In this document: piece after piece, positions 12,851 through 26,429 of the stretch
Position numbering within the stretch: the stretch's first letter is position 1
Layout: each line of letters begins with the position of its first letter
NCBI RefSeq assembly: GCF_006345805.1
Contig: NC_043022.1
Coordinates: 12,090,001 to 12,154,000 of the forward strand
From: Octopus sinensis
Lineage: Eukaryota
DNA length: 64,000 bases
Reading direction: 5' to 3'
Program-made: the position numbers and the translations under genes
Notes under the pieces: model-generated
What the model was told of the DNA's origin: nothing
The model's input: only the letters and a program-made list of their open reading frames with translations
Database searches by the model: none

Positions 12851-13590
12851 ATAATGATGTGTAGAAGTTATCCTCAGATTAGAGAAATGACCTGAACATG
12901 AAGCTTGGGAGTGGACCTCATTAAGAGCAGTCAAAGGGTGGTGGTAATAAAATGAGTGACTAAGCCTTCTATTTCTACACTCATGCACACTCACACAACT
13001 TCACACGTGTGTTTGTGTGTATATATAGCCTTTTGAGTAGATTGGAATTGAAAGAAGGCTGTTGTGTGTATGTGTGCTTGTTTGTATTTGCCTTGTCTTG
13101 ACATCACTCTGTAGTTGTAAAGGCACATCCCTGTCATGCAAGCAATGTCCTTTGTGTCCAATCTTCTGTGAAAACCTCATATCCAGCCATGGGGAGAAAT
13201 ATTACCTTGCTTGGAGACAGGTAAGAGGTGATGACAGGAAGGGCATCTGATCATAGTAAACTCTGCCACGAAGAATTTTCTCTGTAAAGATGAAAAAGGG
13301 GTCATTAAAATGATTGATGATACATACATTCATACACTTGGTATCTATACATTTATATAGATAGGGAAGCTTTCATTCACTCGTATATTAATACATGTAC
13401 ACACAACTGTCCATTGAGTATGTAATTGATTTTTAATAAATACATGAAATATCCTAAATGAAAGAGTTATGATTACAGTTTCAGAGGTGGTGAAGTAATA
13501 TTTCCTCATGGCCAGATCTGTTTTCACGGATGATTGGAAACAAAGGACACTGCTTGTTTGACAGTAATGCTTGTTTATAAATATAGGGAT

Positions 13591-13773
13591 GTGCAGGTGG
13601 CACGTAAAAAGCACCCACTACACTCGCGGAGTGGTTGGCGTTAGGAAGGGCATCCAGCTGTAGAAACTCTGCCAGATCAGACTGGAGCCTGGTGCAGCCC
13701 CTGGCTTCCCAGACCCCGGTTGAACCGTCCAACCCGTGCTAGCGCGGAAAATGGACGTTTGATGATGATGATG
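13591..13773 (+). mobile_element. RTE 3' UTR copy (5'-truncated), nested in an older SINE
   Basis: gtggcacgtaaaaagcacccactacactc..ggaagggcatccagctgtagaaa..gatgatgatg. Confidence 0.8.
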
Positions 13774-15960
13774 TGATTTCAAATACAAGGATGGAAGGTG
13801 GGGACACCTACCATATATTCATTGGGCTTTTTTCAGTTTCCATTCTCAAGACTTTGGTTGACGTGAGGCTATAGAAGAAGACACTTGCTCAATGTGCCAT
13901 ACAGTGGGACTGAACCCAAAACCATGTGGTTGGGAAGTGAATTTCTTAAGCACATGGACACGTGCACTTATGTCCCTTTATACCCTGTTGAAAATTTCAC
14001 TGCGGTCACTTTTACCTTTCCTTGTTTAAGTAGACATCAGCTAGATTCTGTAAATTTGTGGCCTGTATATGATATACTGAGATTGGTTGTATACTCAGTT
14101 GATGTCTTCAATAACACTGGCCTATAAATACTCACATGGCGGCTTGGATAACAAACATTCAATGGTGATGGTGAAACAAATGTCTGGAGTAACATTATGT
14201 AGACTTCATTACAGTGATTATAGGACTGAGATGCCTGGTGCCATCTAAAAACACACCCAAGGAGCCTTAGTGGCTCCTGTCAAAGTATCCATCCCATTCC
14301 AGCATGGAAAACAAACGTTAAATGATGATGTGTGTGTATGTATATTGTGTGTCTATGTGCAATTTTCATTTGCTTGTTACACGTTAATTTTCTTTTTCAT
14401 GCTGGCATGGGTTAGGAGAATTTGGGTGAAATATTCTAGAAGCACTATATTAAAGCTGGATGCACATTCTGTTGCTAATCTTTACCTGTTTTTTTTTTTC
14501 TATTAAGGGATTATTTTATTTCACATCTTTGAAAGTGCTGAGGATAGCACATGATTGGTTGACAGGAAATGACAAACAAACTTCATTGCTTATAGCTCAG
14601 TGCAGAATGTTGACATTCATGTGTGTGTGTGTGTATGTATGGTTGAGATGTTTGTTTTGCAGATGTGTTGTTTCTGGTTTGGTTCCACTGTGTAGTAGCA
14701 CTGTGGGTGTGTGTCTTCTATAGCTAGGAGCTGATAAAATCCTCACATGGATTTGGTGGGTGAAAGCTGAAAAATCTGTGTATGAGTTGTTGATGAATTT
14801 CACCATCATACATTCAGTATCATTCATTTGCAATCTTCCATGAAAACATGTCTGGCCATTGTGCCGTCATGTTCAAAGGACTAGGAGAAATAATAGTTTA
14901 TTTGGAAATCGGTGAGGGTTGGTGGCAGGAAGTACGTCCAGCTACATAGAAAATCTACCTTGACAAATTTTGTGACTCCTGCAAGCATGAAGAATTATAC
15001 ATTAAAACAATGGTAGTGTCTATATATAGACAAGCTTCAGGAAGTTTGTCTATCACAGTCACTCACAAGGGTTAGGGTTGACACAAGGCTACAGTAGAAG
15101 GTGCTTTCCCCTTTCCCAAGGTTCTGTGCAGTAGGATTAAACCTGAAACCATGTCATCAGCTTCTTTACAGCAAGAAAACTGTTGTGCTTTGGATCCTTC
15201 TCCCATAATTTTGCCCTTCACATCCTTGTGTAAAGGTGTTGCTCTTGGGATTTGGGATTTGTGGTTTTGGCAAGCTGCATGGTGACATGAAAAATAGCAC
15301 CCAGTACATTGCTGAAAATGGTTGGTGTTAGCAAGGCCATTCCAAAGTAGAACATGATGCAGTCCTTGGACTTGTCAGATCTTAAACGGTTCGATCCATA
15401 CCTGCATAGGACGTGTGTGTGTGTATGTAGGTAGGTACATATGTGCAGGCAAACTGTATGACTAAGTGGTTTTCTTTCCAACCTCATGGTTTCATGTTCT
15501 GTCTCACTGCATAGTACCAGTGCCTTCAATAAACGTTTTGTAGCAGCTTGATGTGTGAAGTAATGGAATAAAGCAAGTTACATTGGTGTTAGGAGGGGCA
15601 TTCTACCATTGAGTACTTCCTCAAGAAATGTCATTCAACCCAAAGTTTGCAAAGAAAATGCATTTATGAAAACAATGACACACACACCTGCATAAACGAT
15701 TGTCTTTAGTAACAATGGGAAATGTATCGATGTCCAAATTCTTTTGTTATTTTATCATGCACAACATGGAGGAATGTTACTTTTATGGAAGGCGTGTATA
15801 TTTTTGTGGTTGATATTGATTGTCAGTATTTACAGCCCGTATCATGTTACAGCTGTTTCGAAAGATATTACATATAGGAGGTGTTTCGATTTTAGTATAG
15901 TGTAGTAAGGTTGGAGTGATGTTATCACACCCATGTGTGTGTGTGTAGGTAGAGGAATGG

Positions 15961-16017
<57 letters not shown>

Positions 16018-16180
16018 TTATATATATATACACACCCAGTACATTACTGAAAATGGTTGGTGTTAGCAAGGCCATTCCAAAGTAGAACATGATGCAATCC
16101 TTGGATTTGTCAGATCTTAAACTGTTCAACCCATATATATATACACACGCATATATATATATATAATATATATATATACA

Positions 16181-16225
<45 letters not shown>

Positions 16226-16338
16226 GCATATATATATATACACACACGCATATATATATATATATACACACGCATATATATATATACACACACGCATATA
16301 TATATATATACACACGCATATATATATATACAACACGC

Positions 16339-16373
<35 letters not shown>

Positions 16374-16374
16374 A

Positions 16375-16690
16375 TCATCATCGTTTAACGTCCGCTTTCC
16401 ATGCTAGCATGGCTTGGACGGTTTGACTGAGGACATGCGAACCAGATGGCTGCACCAGGCTCCAATCTGATCTGGCAGAGTTTCTACAGCTGGATGCCTT
16501 TCCTAATGCCAACCACTCCGAGAGTGTAGTGGGTGCTTTTACATACCACCGGCACGAGAGCCAGTCAGGCTGTACAGGCAACGGCTGTGCTCACATGGTG
16601 TTTTTTACATGCCACCTGCACAGGAGCCGGTCCAGCGGCACTGGCAACGACCTTGCTTGAATGTATTTTTTTCACGTGCCACCAGTACAG
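16375..16690 (-). mobile_element. RTE 3' UTR copy
   Basis: catcatcgtttaacgtccgctttccatgctagcatgg.. (reverse complement of the family tail). Confidence 0.8.
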
Positions 16691-16811
16691 GTACCAATAT
16701 ATATATGTGTATATATATATATATTTCAACGGTGGTGCTCCAGCATGTCTGCAGCTGCATGGCTGAAATGAATAAAAGAATATATATGTATGCTCATACA
16801 TACTTACATGC

Positions 16812-16860
<49 letters not shown>

Positions 16861-17189
16861 TATATATATATATAGATAGATAGAGAGAAATGTATAACTT
16901 GTACATAGTGAATAATTTCTTAATTAAAGTTATATTCTGGTAGTCAGTTTGTGAGGATGGTTTCTTGCGATATGTTCTGTGGTGCTAATTTCAAGTGTAT
17001 GTGTATGTTAAGTGACTTTCAAAGCTATTGAGGCAAAACCTGGGCATGTTTTACTTTTGCAAGTGCTGTTTAAACTCTTGGATATTGATAAGTGTGGAAA
17101 CAAAATTTGCTTAGTGGGTGCACCTGCCTATGCAGATATGGAAGTTTACTGCTGGCAATAAAGACGATTATATACATTCTGCAAATGTT

Positions 17190-17700
17190 TATTCTTTTAT
17201 TCCTTCTGTCATTTGACTGTGGCCATGCCGGAGTGCTGCCTTTAGTCGAGCAAATCGACCCCAGGACTTATTCTTTGTAAGCCTGGTACTTATTCAATAG
17301 GTCTTTTTCGTTGAACTGCTAAGTTACTGGGACATAAACACACCAGCATCGGTTGTCAAACGATGACGGGAACTAAAAACACATACATACATAACTTAGA
17401 ATAACTTAGAAAGGTTTTGGCCAGTATTGGCCCAGGCCATGTCTAACTTAATAGCACCACCTGGCGCTATATATAACTAGTTTCTTTATATATAGTTTAT
17501 ATACATATATATAACTAGTTTCTTTCAGTTTCCGTCTACCAAATCCACTCAAAGGCTTTGGCTGGCCCGAGGCTATACTAGAAGACACTTGCCCAAGGTG
17601 CCATGCAGTGGGACTGAAACCAGAACCATATGGTTGGTAAGGAAGCTACTTACCACGCAGCCACTCCTGTGCCTATAACTTACCACACAGCCACTCCTGT
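17190..17700 (-). mobile_element. SINE-A with internal insertion and duplicated head
   Basis: Tail at 17190-17395, foreign segment at about 17396-17512, head to 17680, second acttaccacacagccactcctg at about 17678-17700. Confidence 0.7.
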
Positions 17701-18108
17701 GTCGCAATGGAAGGGCCCAAACCATGTCACTTGTAATACTGGAGAACCTTCTCAACTGGGTGAGAGTATAGTTGAGAGGGCAGTGGCCGTATGTGAGCTG
17801 CTGAGAGGTTAAAAAACAGGTTTGCTGCAGCAGAGGAAATACATACCTTTCCTGCACTTTATAAGAGTGGGTGGGAATAATTGGAGTGGGGCTGGAAAGA
17901 GATAAAGACAGGGATGAGGTGTCAGGGCGTGCCCTCGGGGTACGAGAAAGAAATATAGTGTGTAAAGACAGATAAGGGTGGGTGGATAAAGGTTGTGTGT
18001 GTGTATATATATATATACACACACATATATATACACACATATATATATATATATACACACACATATATATATATATACACACACACACACATATATATAT
18101 GTATATAT

Positions 18109-18183
<75 letters not shown>

Positions 18184-18248
18184 TATATATATATACACAC
18201 ATATATATATATACACACACATATATATATACACACACATATATATAT

Positions 18249-18284
<36 letters not shown>

Positions 18285-18599
18285 GTTCATACACACACAT
18301 AGTCCCATCTATGCCAGCATCAAACATGGACATTAAATGATGATTATGTGTGTGTGTATATATATATATACATATGTTTTTCCATGCAAGCATAGGTTTG
18401 CTGAATATATTATGGCATTGTTTTACAGCTAAATGCTCTTCCTGTTTCTAACACTAACCAGCCTTCCAAATAAGGGATCTTTACTCCATATCTTTTTGAA
18501 GGTGCAAAGCCAGCAGATGATTTGTTAAGGGAAACAACAGCAACGTCATTGCTTGCAACTCAGAGGTTTTCAGAGAAGTGCATATACAAATACTATATG

Positions 18600-19112
18600 A
18601 AGAGCTTCTTTCAGTTTCTGCTTCTAAATCCACTGAAGGCTTTGGTCAGTTTGGAGCCCTGAGTCCTGTTCGGTGGGACTTGAACCCATAAGCTTGTGGT
18701 TGGGAAGCAAGCTACTTACCACGCCGCCATATCTTTGCCTACACACATGCATGCACAGGTATGGCTGTATAATAGGACATTCACTTTCTAACCACATGGT
18801 TCTGGGTTCAGTTCCACTGCGTGGCACCTTCTACTATAGCTTCTGACTGACCAAAGCTTTGTGAGTGGATTTTGTAGAGAGAAACTTCAAGAAACCAGTC
18901 ATAAATGTATATATATGTGTGTGTTTGTCCCTTGACAACTGGTGTTAGTTTGTTTACATCCCTGGAATTTAGTGGTTCAACAAAAGAAACTGATAAACTA
19001 AGTACCAGGCTTTAAAAAATTAGGCTCAAGGTTCGATTCATTCGACTAAAACCCTTCGTGGTGGTGCTCCAGCATGGCTGCAGTCTAATGACTAAAACAA
19101 ACAAAAGATAAA
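18600..19112. mobile_element. Head-to-head SINE-A pair (18600-18740 minus; 18757-19112 plus)
   Basis: Opposed heads separated by about 17 bp. Confidence 0.7.
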
Positions 19113-19304
19113 ACATCTATTCGAAGCAGGTGATTCACTGCTCAGTTTTCTCCTTTCTTTGGCTTCATACATTCTTTCAGGCAGCAATGCCAAAAAAATA
19201 AAAATAAATTGTGTGAATTTGTTTAAAGAGTTTAGAAACTTGGAATATGGCTTAGAGATACTGACTGAATGAGTGATAATAGAGCCAATTATTATCTTTT
19301 GACT

Positions 19305-19695
19305 AGGCGCAGGAGTGGCTGTGTGGTAAGTAGCTTGCTAACCAACCACATGGTTGCGGGTTCAGTCCCACTGCGTGACATCTTCGGCAAGTGTCTTCTG
19401 CTATAGCCTCGGGCCGACCAATGCCTTGTGAGTGGATTTGGTAGACGGAAACTGAAAGAAGCCCGTCGTATATATATATATGTATGTGTGTGTGTGTTTG
19501 TGTGTCTGTGTTTGTCCCCCTAGCATTGCTTGACAACCGATGCTGGTGTGTTTACGTCTCCGTCACCTAGCGGTTCGGCAAAAGAGACCGATAGAATAAG
19601 TCCCGGGGTTGATTTGATCGACTAAAGGCGGTGCTCCAGCATGGCCGCAGTCAAATGACTGAAACAAGTAAAAGAGTAAAGAATAAAAAGAGTAA
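19305..19695 (+). mobile_element. SINE-A, full length (tRNA-derived head, CORE-like centre)
   Basis: A-box-like TGGCTGTGTGG, B-box GGTTCAGTCC, cttcggcaagtgtc core-like block, (AAAGAGT)n tail. Confidence 0.85.
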
Positions 19696-20017
19696 TATAT
19701 GCTACACAAGTGTTGAGTACTCATTCTCTTGTTTATGCACCCAGTTATGTGTGTGGGTGTGTATTTGCTAAATTGCCCTTATCGTCATCTTGTGACTAAA
19801 GATAGTTTCTTTAAGATCCGTGCCAAGATTCTTCAGTGCCCATCCCTCGGATCTTAAAAAGTACAGTTGGATACTTTTGTGTAGGAAATGTTAATGAAAG
19901 AATTGCATCTTTAGCAATTTTGTCAAAATTGCTTGCAATTCCTCATCCTGATCTTTAGCTCATTACAGATGCTGATCATGTGTTATTTTATTTTTTTTGT
20001 GTGCATATGTATGAATA

Positions 20018-20068
<51 letters not shown>

Positions 20069-20069
20069 T

Positions 20070-20597
20070 GTCAGATCAGACTGGAGCCTGGTGCAGCCTC
20101 CTGGCTTCTCAGACCCTGGTCGGACCATCCAACCCATGCTAGCATGGAAAACGGATGTTAAACGATGATGATGATGTTGATGATATAAAAGAGAGAGAGA
20201 GAACAATGAACTGGTGTCCTTTTCAGGGAATGTTCCAGTGATACCCTATGGAAACTAGGTAACCATCCTTATGTGTTCTACGACTCAAGAAATATATCTC
20301 ATTTTTTATGTCCATTTTTCCATGCTTGCATGGGTCAGACAGAATTAAGTTCAAAGCCCTCCCCTGTTTCCAAGCAAGCTATTTTATACACACACACACA
20401 CACAACCATGCCGGTGCCACATTAGAAGCACATGGCACACTGTAAAGTGGATGGCACTTGGAAGGATATCCAGCCATAGAAATCAAACCAAATCTGACTG
20501 GAACCTGGAACCTGGTGCAACTCTCTTGATTGCTAGCTCTGGTCAAACTGTCCAACCTCTGCCACCATGGAAAACAGGCTTTAAAAGATGATGATGG
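20070..20597 (+). mobile_element. Two RTE 3' UTR copies (about 20070-20185 and 20405-20597)
   Basis: Family core and (GAT)n tails. Confidence 0.7.
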
Positions 20598-21006
20598 TGT
20601 GTATATATATGAGCTGGTGAAAAGAAGGGCATCCAATTATAAAACACTACCGCAGATCAGTCCTCATCTAACCCATGCCTGTATGGAAAAACGGGTGTGA
20701 AATGAATGAAATACACACACACACACACACAGAGGCCATGTACACAGCCTCCACTTTCAAAGAGAAATAACTCCTACAGAAAACTTGTCAAAGTACTGTG
20801 AGGTACATAAGTTAGATGCCTTTGTTATCAATGTGGGTAGTTGTGTAGTCACTTGACCAGTAAGCAGAACCTCTTCTCAAATCAGACCCTATTGTAATCT
20901 GTGGGACTACACTGGATAATATAGTCCTTTGGCTGAATTAGAGTTAAGCAACATCTAAATGTGTTACTCCGCACTAGCCCACGTGTGTGTGTATGTGTGT
21001 ATATAT

Positions 21007-21306
21007 CACCGTGACTGACCAGGCTATCAGATGTTGCTACACATCGCTGGTCACAATGCTCTTTCCATTGTTTTAGCCTTCAATGACGCCACCCTGCTGG
21101 CTAAGCGAGCAGGCCAACAGAAGAAAGAGTGAGAGAAAGTTGTGGCGAAAGAGTACAGCAGGGATTGCCACCACCCCCTGCCGGAGCCTCGTGGAGCTTT
21201 AGGTGTTTTCGCTCAATAAACACTCCCAACGCCCGGTCTGGGAATCGAAACTGCGATCCTATGACCGCGAGTCCATTGCCCTAACCACTAGGCCATTGCG
21301 CCTCCA
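21007..21306 (-). mobile_element. SINE-E, tail type 1 (tRNA-derived)
   Basis: Head tggaggcgcaatggcctagtggttaggg..gtttcgattccc with A and B boxes; tail ..gatagcctggtcagtcacggtga. Confidence 0.8.
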
Positions 21307-21340
21307 CGTGTATATATATATATATAAATATATATACACA

Positions 21341-21390
<50 letters not shown>

Positions 21391-21704
21391 GTATGTGTAT
21401 GAATTATTTGACAAAAAATTCTTCAAGGCTCCACCTCAGCATGGTTGCAGTCTAATGGCTGAAACAAAAAGAAACACACACACACACACACATACACAGA
21501 ATATATTTACTCATGTGTGTCACTCCTTGGCTTTTTTAGTTGGAATCCACATGAGTAAATACAGTGTGTGTGTGTGTGTGTAGATACCATTGGCATTGCT
21601 GAGAAAAAAGCTAGTATTATGTGTACTCGTTGGGTGACAGAGGTACACACACACAAACAGCTCCAGAGCAGAGTTTGATGTGAGGGTAATTGGCCATAAA
21701 AATA

Positions 21705-22540
21705 TATTTTGTGGCTGTGTCGTAAGAAGCTTGCTACCCAACTGCATTGTTCCGGGTTCGATCTCACTGAGTGACACTTCAGGTGAGTGTCTCCTACTAT
21801 AGCACTGGACTGACCACAGTTCCATGAATGGATTTGGTAGATGGGAACTGAAAGATGCCCATATGTATAAACGTGTGTTGTGCGTGCCTTTGTGTTTGTT
21901 CCCCCCCCCCCACACTTTTGATAACTTGTGTTGGTTTGTTTACATCCCTGTAAATTTGTGGTTCAGCAAATGAGGCTGAAAGAATCAGTACCAGACATTT
22001 AAAACAAACCAAAAAAAAAAAAAAAAACCAGGCGCAGGAGTGGCTGTGTGGTAAGTAGCTTGTTTACCAACCACATGGTTCCGGGTTCAGTCCCACTGCG
22101 TAGCACCTTGGGAAAGTGTCTTCTACTATAGCCTTGGGCCGACCAATGCCTTGTGAGTGGATTTGGTAGACGGAAACTGAAAGAAGCCCATCGTATATAT
22201 GTATATATATATATATGTGCGTGTGTGTGTCTGTGTTTGCCCCCTAGCATTGCTTGTCAACCGATGCTGGTGCGTTTATGTCCCCGTTACTTAGCGGTTC
22301 AGCAAAAGAGGCCGATAGAATAAGTACTGGGCTTACAAAAGAATAAGTCCCGGGGTCAACTTGCTCGATTAAAGGCGGTGCTCCAGCATGGCTGCAGTCA
22401 AATGACTGAAACGAGTAATAAAAAAAGAAAAAAAATGGTACTGGGGTCTGTTTGTTCAACTAAACTTTTCAATGTGGTGCTCCAGCATGGCCACCACCAT
22501 CCAATGAGTGAAACAAGTAAAAGGAGAGATAAGATAAGAG
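21705..22540 (+). mobile_element. Older SINE-A containing a young SINE-A (22030-22425)
   Basis: The young copy sits in the internal A-tract; the host tail (gtactggggtc..gctccagcatggcc) resumes at about 22436. Confidence 0.8.
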
Positions 22541-23139
22541 AAGAGGGTGCAGAATTTATTTGGCAGAGGTGGGTGTTGGTGGACGTTTACAGTAGAATGA
22601 ATGTTTTGTGAAAGCAACCACACTGCAGTGTATTGAGGTGTGTGCTGTTGCTTACAACTACTTAATAACAACAACAACAACAGCATTGGATGACTAATGT
22701 CCTTTCTGTTTGTCATTGAACTTAGTCATAAGTAGCTGGGTGGATGGGCAGGCGGAAGGGTGGTAGCCTAGTAAGCATGCAGCCTTCACACCCAAACACC
22801 TACAGTAGCTGTATGTATGAAGATAGCCTTGGTCTGTCTCTCTGTCTATCTATCTTTCTCACCATCACCCAGTGGTGGTGGTAGTAACAGTCGGCTCCCT
22901 ACCATTACATCTATTCACCTGGTGGTAGGTAGAAGAAACTGAGTATTGTTACTACACACCGCTCACCACCACTGCCAGCAATTACAGTGTCGGGGATGGT
23001 GGCGCTGCTGTCTGTGTCAGCCAGGGAAGCTGCTTTACTTAATTCAGCAGTTTTCCTTTGACTGTTTTTGTTGATCTGAAATATTCTGGTGATGGTGGTG
23101 GTGGGGGGATTATTTTATAAGACCTCTCTTGCTCTGTTA

Positions 23140-23890
23140 TAGGCACACATCTTATGACCTGCACTGTTATTAGTGCAGGTCACATCTTATGATCTGCACT
23201 CTTATTGAGACATTCCTTACGACCTCCCTGCATTATTATAAAGACATGATCTCTCTTGCACTAATTATTAAGACATATCTTATTGATCTCCCCTGCAATG
23301 TTACAGACTCAGTTTATAACCTTTCCTGCACTATTATGGGCTTATGACCTCTCTTGCATTATCATGGGCTCATTTTATGATGTCCCCTGCACTGTTACCA
23401 TCTCACTTGCACCAATACAGAGAAGCATCTTATGACCTTCCTTCCCTATTACAGAAACACATTACATCTTATGATCTCTCCTGCATTATCATGGGCTCAT
23501 TTTATGATGTCCCCTGCACTGTTACCAACACACATCTCACTTGCACCAATACAGAGAAGCATCTTATGACCTTTCCTTCCCTATTACAGAAACACATCAC
23601 ATCTTATGATCTCTCCTGCATTATCATGGGCTCATTTTATGATGTCCCCTGCACTGTTACCAACACACATCTCACTTGCACCAATACAGAGAAGCATCTT
23701 ATGACCTTTCCTTCCCTATTACAGAAACACATCACATCTTATGATCTCTCCTGCATTATCATGGGCTTATTTTATGATGTCCCCTGCACTGTTACCGACA
23801 CACATCTCTCTTGCACCAATACAGAGAAGCATCTTATGACCTTTCCTTCCCTATTACAGAAACACATCACATCTTATGATTTTTCCTGTC
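23140..23890. repeat. Minisatellite: 135-bp higher-order unit, about 4 copies, preceded by diverged 30-45-bp monomers
   Basis: (c/t)tgcattatcatggg recurs at 23354, 23481, 23616 and 23751. Confidence 0.9.
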
Positions 23891-24419
23891 CACTTACAGA
23901 TACCTCCATCTCATATTGGTTCTCCCTTCTGCTACTACTACTATTTCTAGACAATTATTATTATTTGTGCCAAAATTTGAAACCATTATTGTTATTATTG
24001 ACTGGCAGTTTCTGTATAACAATGAATTAAATGCATTGCTTTATTATATTGCATCTTTTTTGTTGTGTTCAAATGAAACTGGGGTTAATCAATAAAACCA
24101 AATGCTGGGACTGGTTTAATGTGTCCCTGTACATGTAAGAAACCATTGTTGTTATTATCATCTTGTCAGAATTGAAGTAACAGAATTAAATGTATGGTAT
24201 TTAGTTACGTCCCTTTACAGTTTGAACTGGCATTGAAGTTAATATTGACTTCTGGAGTTAGTTAAGTACCAGTTATGCCTTGGGGTTGATTTTAAACAAT
24301 TGTTGCTTTCCATGGGCCTGTTACCTACTTGAAATTATATTTATTGTTAAATAACTCTAATTATAGTTATAGGGGGGCCAAACTGGCAGAATCATTAAAG
24401 CATCTTTTTTCTTTTCTTT

Positions 24420-25058
24420 TTTTTTACTCGTTCCATTGATTTGACTGTGGCCATGCTGGAGCAACGCCTTTAATCGAGCAAATTGTCCCCAAGACTTTGG
24501 CTTTGTAAGCCTAATATTTATTCCATCGGTCTCTTTTGCTGAACCGCTGAGTTATGGGGACGTAAACACACCAGCATCGGTTATCAAGCAATGTTAGTGG
24601 GGACAAACAGACACATAAACACACACACACATACACATACATACATATATACGATGGGCTTCTTTCAGTTTCCGTCTACCAAATCCACTCACAAGGCTTT
24701 GGTCGGCCCGAGGCTATAGTAGAAGACACTTGCCCAAGGTTCCACGCAGTGGGACTGAACCCAGAACCATTTGGTTCGTAAGCAAGCTACTTACCACACG
24801 GCCACTCCTACACCTGGCAAAATTGCTTTGTGATATTTTTTTTTCTGGCCCTTTCCTTTCTGAGTTCAGTTCCCAGTGGTGGTCACCTTTACTGTTTATC
24901 CTTTCAGAATCAGTAAAATATTAGTTCATATACCGAGATCAGTGTAATTGTTTGTCCCCCTAGCATTGCTTGACAACCGATGCTGGTGTGTTTATGTCCC
25001 CGTCACTTAGCAAAAGAGACCAATAGAATAAGTACTAGGCTTACAAAATTTGCCAGTC
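24420..25058. mobile_element. SINE-A (24420-24812 minus) and inverted SINE-A fragment (24945-25058 plus)
   Basis: Shared gcattgcttgacaaccgatgctggtgtg block in opposite orientations. Confidence 0.75.
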
Positions 25059-25094
25059 TTGTTTCAAAATTTGAAACAGTTATTTTTGAACACA

Positions 25095-25290
25095 ACAAGC
25101 GCGTCAGACAAAATGCTTAGCAGCATTTCATCTAGTTCTTTACATTAAGTTCCTATTCCACCAAGGTCAGCTTTTCCTTTCATTCTTCCAGGGGTCAAAA
25201 TAAGTACCAGTTAAGCACTGAGGTTGATGAGATTGACTTAACTCCCTCCCCCAAAATTTTGGGCCTTGTCCCTATGGTAGAATTGTCATT
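25095..25290 (+). mobile_element. Older SINE-B-subfamily copy
   Basis: Same core, ccccaaaattttgggccttgt tail. Confidence 0.65.
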
Positions 25291-26167
25291 ATTACTCTGC
25301 CATTAATGATTTCATTATAAGTACTGCAATTAAATGCATTTATTTCTTCTTACTGCTGCTATTACTACTACTACTATTACATTACATATTGATGCCATAC
25401 TAGTCTGACGAAGAAAATCGCCAGCCATAGTTCTCTCTGTCCCTTTTAAACAGACAGGATTGGGATAATTTTGAGGTTAACTGTATCTAGGCGCTAAATT
25501 CTAGTTTGAATTGTTCTGGAGTAATGAAACAAAAAACATACACCACAGACAGAGAAAAAAGCAGTAGCAGGATCAAATGGTGGTGGTGGCAGTAGTGTTT
25601 GAGAGGAGCAGAGACCATTTTTTTTTTTTTTTTTTGGAGAGAGAGAGAAAGAGAAAGAGAAAGAAAGAGTTGACAGTAGATCAGTTGTTTAACCCTTGGT
25701 TATCAGGTGAATGGTTTCTTTTTGTTTTTTTTTTGGTTTTTTATATTGGGTGCAGTTTGAATCCTGAGGGGTGGATGGATGGATGGATGGTGTGTGACGT
25801 AGATGCAGTGATTTTTTTTTTTAGTGTGAAGTTTGTATTAGGGGTAGATATTTTTGTTTTTAAGAGCTGAAGTTATTTTTCTGAGCCTGAAGTGGTGCTG
25901 GGTGGTGTGTTGGTCATGCAAAGCTGTATGTGGTCCTTGTAAGAAAAAATTTTTTTTTTTTAAATTTTGTTTTTATTTATTTTTTGTTTTAGAGTTAGCA
26001 TGCCTAGTGCCTGTGATGGTTGAGCTGCCCTGTATAGATGTTGCTCACGGTGTTTTGTGGGTTGTTAGCTCAACCTGTGTAATAGTAGTCTGTCTGTGTG
26101 TCTGTTATTTTGGTGCTGTTGTTGAATGAGTTAACTTATTACAGACTGGTTAAAAAAAAGGAAAGAC

Positions 26168-26197
26168 TGACTGACTTGGATTTTCTCTGCTCCACAG
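26168..26197 (+). promoter_or_regulatory. Splice acceptor of a 5'-UTR intron of CLIC
   Basis: CTGAC branch-point-like motifs (26168-26175), pyrimidine tract ttttctctgctccac, AG at 26196-26197, 232 nt upstream of the ATG. Confidence 0.75.
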
Positions 26198-26429
26198 GTT
26201 GTTCCTGAAGTAAACGTTTTCAGACACTTAAGACTGAAACTCTCCTCTACTTGTCCTACCACCACCACCACCACCATCACTACAACTACTGCTACTGCCA
26301 CCACCATCACCTAATATTAGTGCTACTACTACTACTGCTCTCTCTCTCTCTCTCTCAACACACCTCGTCACTGCTTCAACACAACCTGCTCTGACGGTTA
26401 CTGCTGCTACAACTGCTGCGTAATTTACA

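Noticed and set aside
13591-13773. Recurring conserved repeats as a CRISPR array
   Set aside because: Eukaryotic interspersed repeats with no regular repeat-spacer periodicity and no cas genes.
17713-17870. [12 protein letters not shown] on minus, resembling an I/Ingi LINE C-terminus
   Set aside because: A single short motif with no supporting neighbours.
19305-19400. tRNA-like heads of SINE-A, B and E as tRNA genes
   Set aside because: A/B boxes are present but there is no complete cloverleaf, and they are followed by SINE bodies.
23344-24030. 228-aa ORF with 45-aa repeats
   Set aside because: Arises from a 135-bp minisatellite; no domain, splice or composition support.
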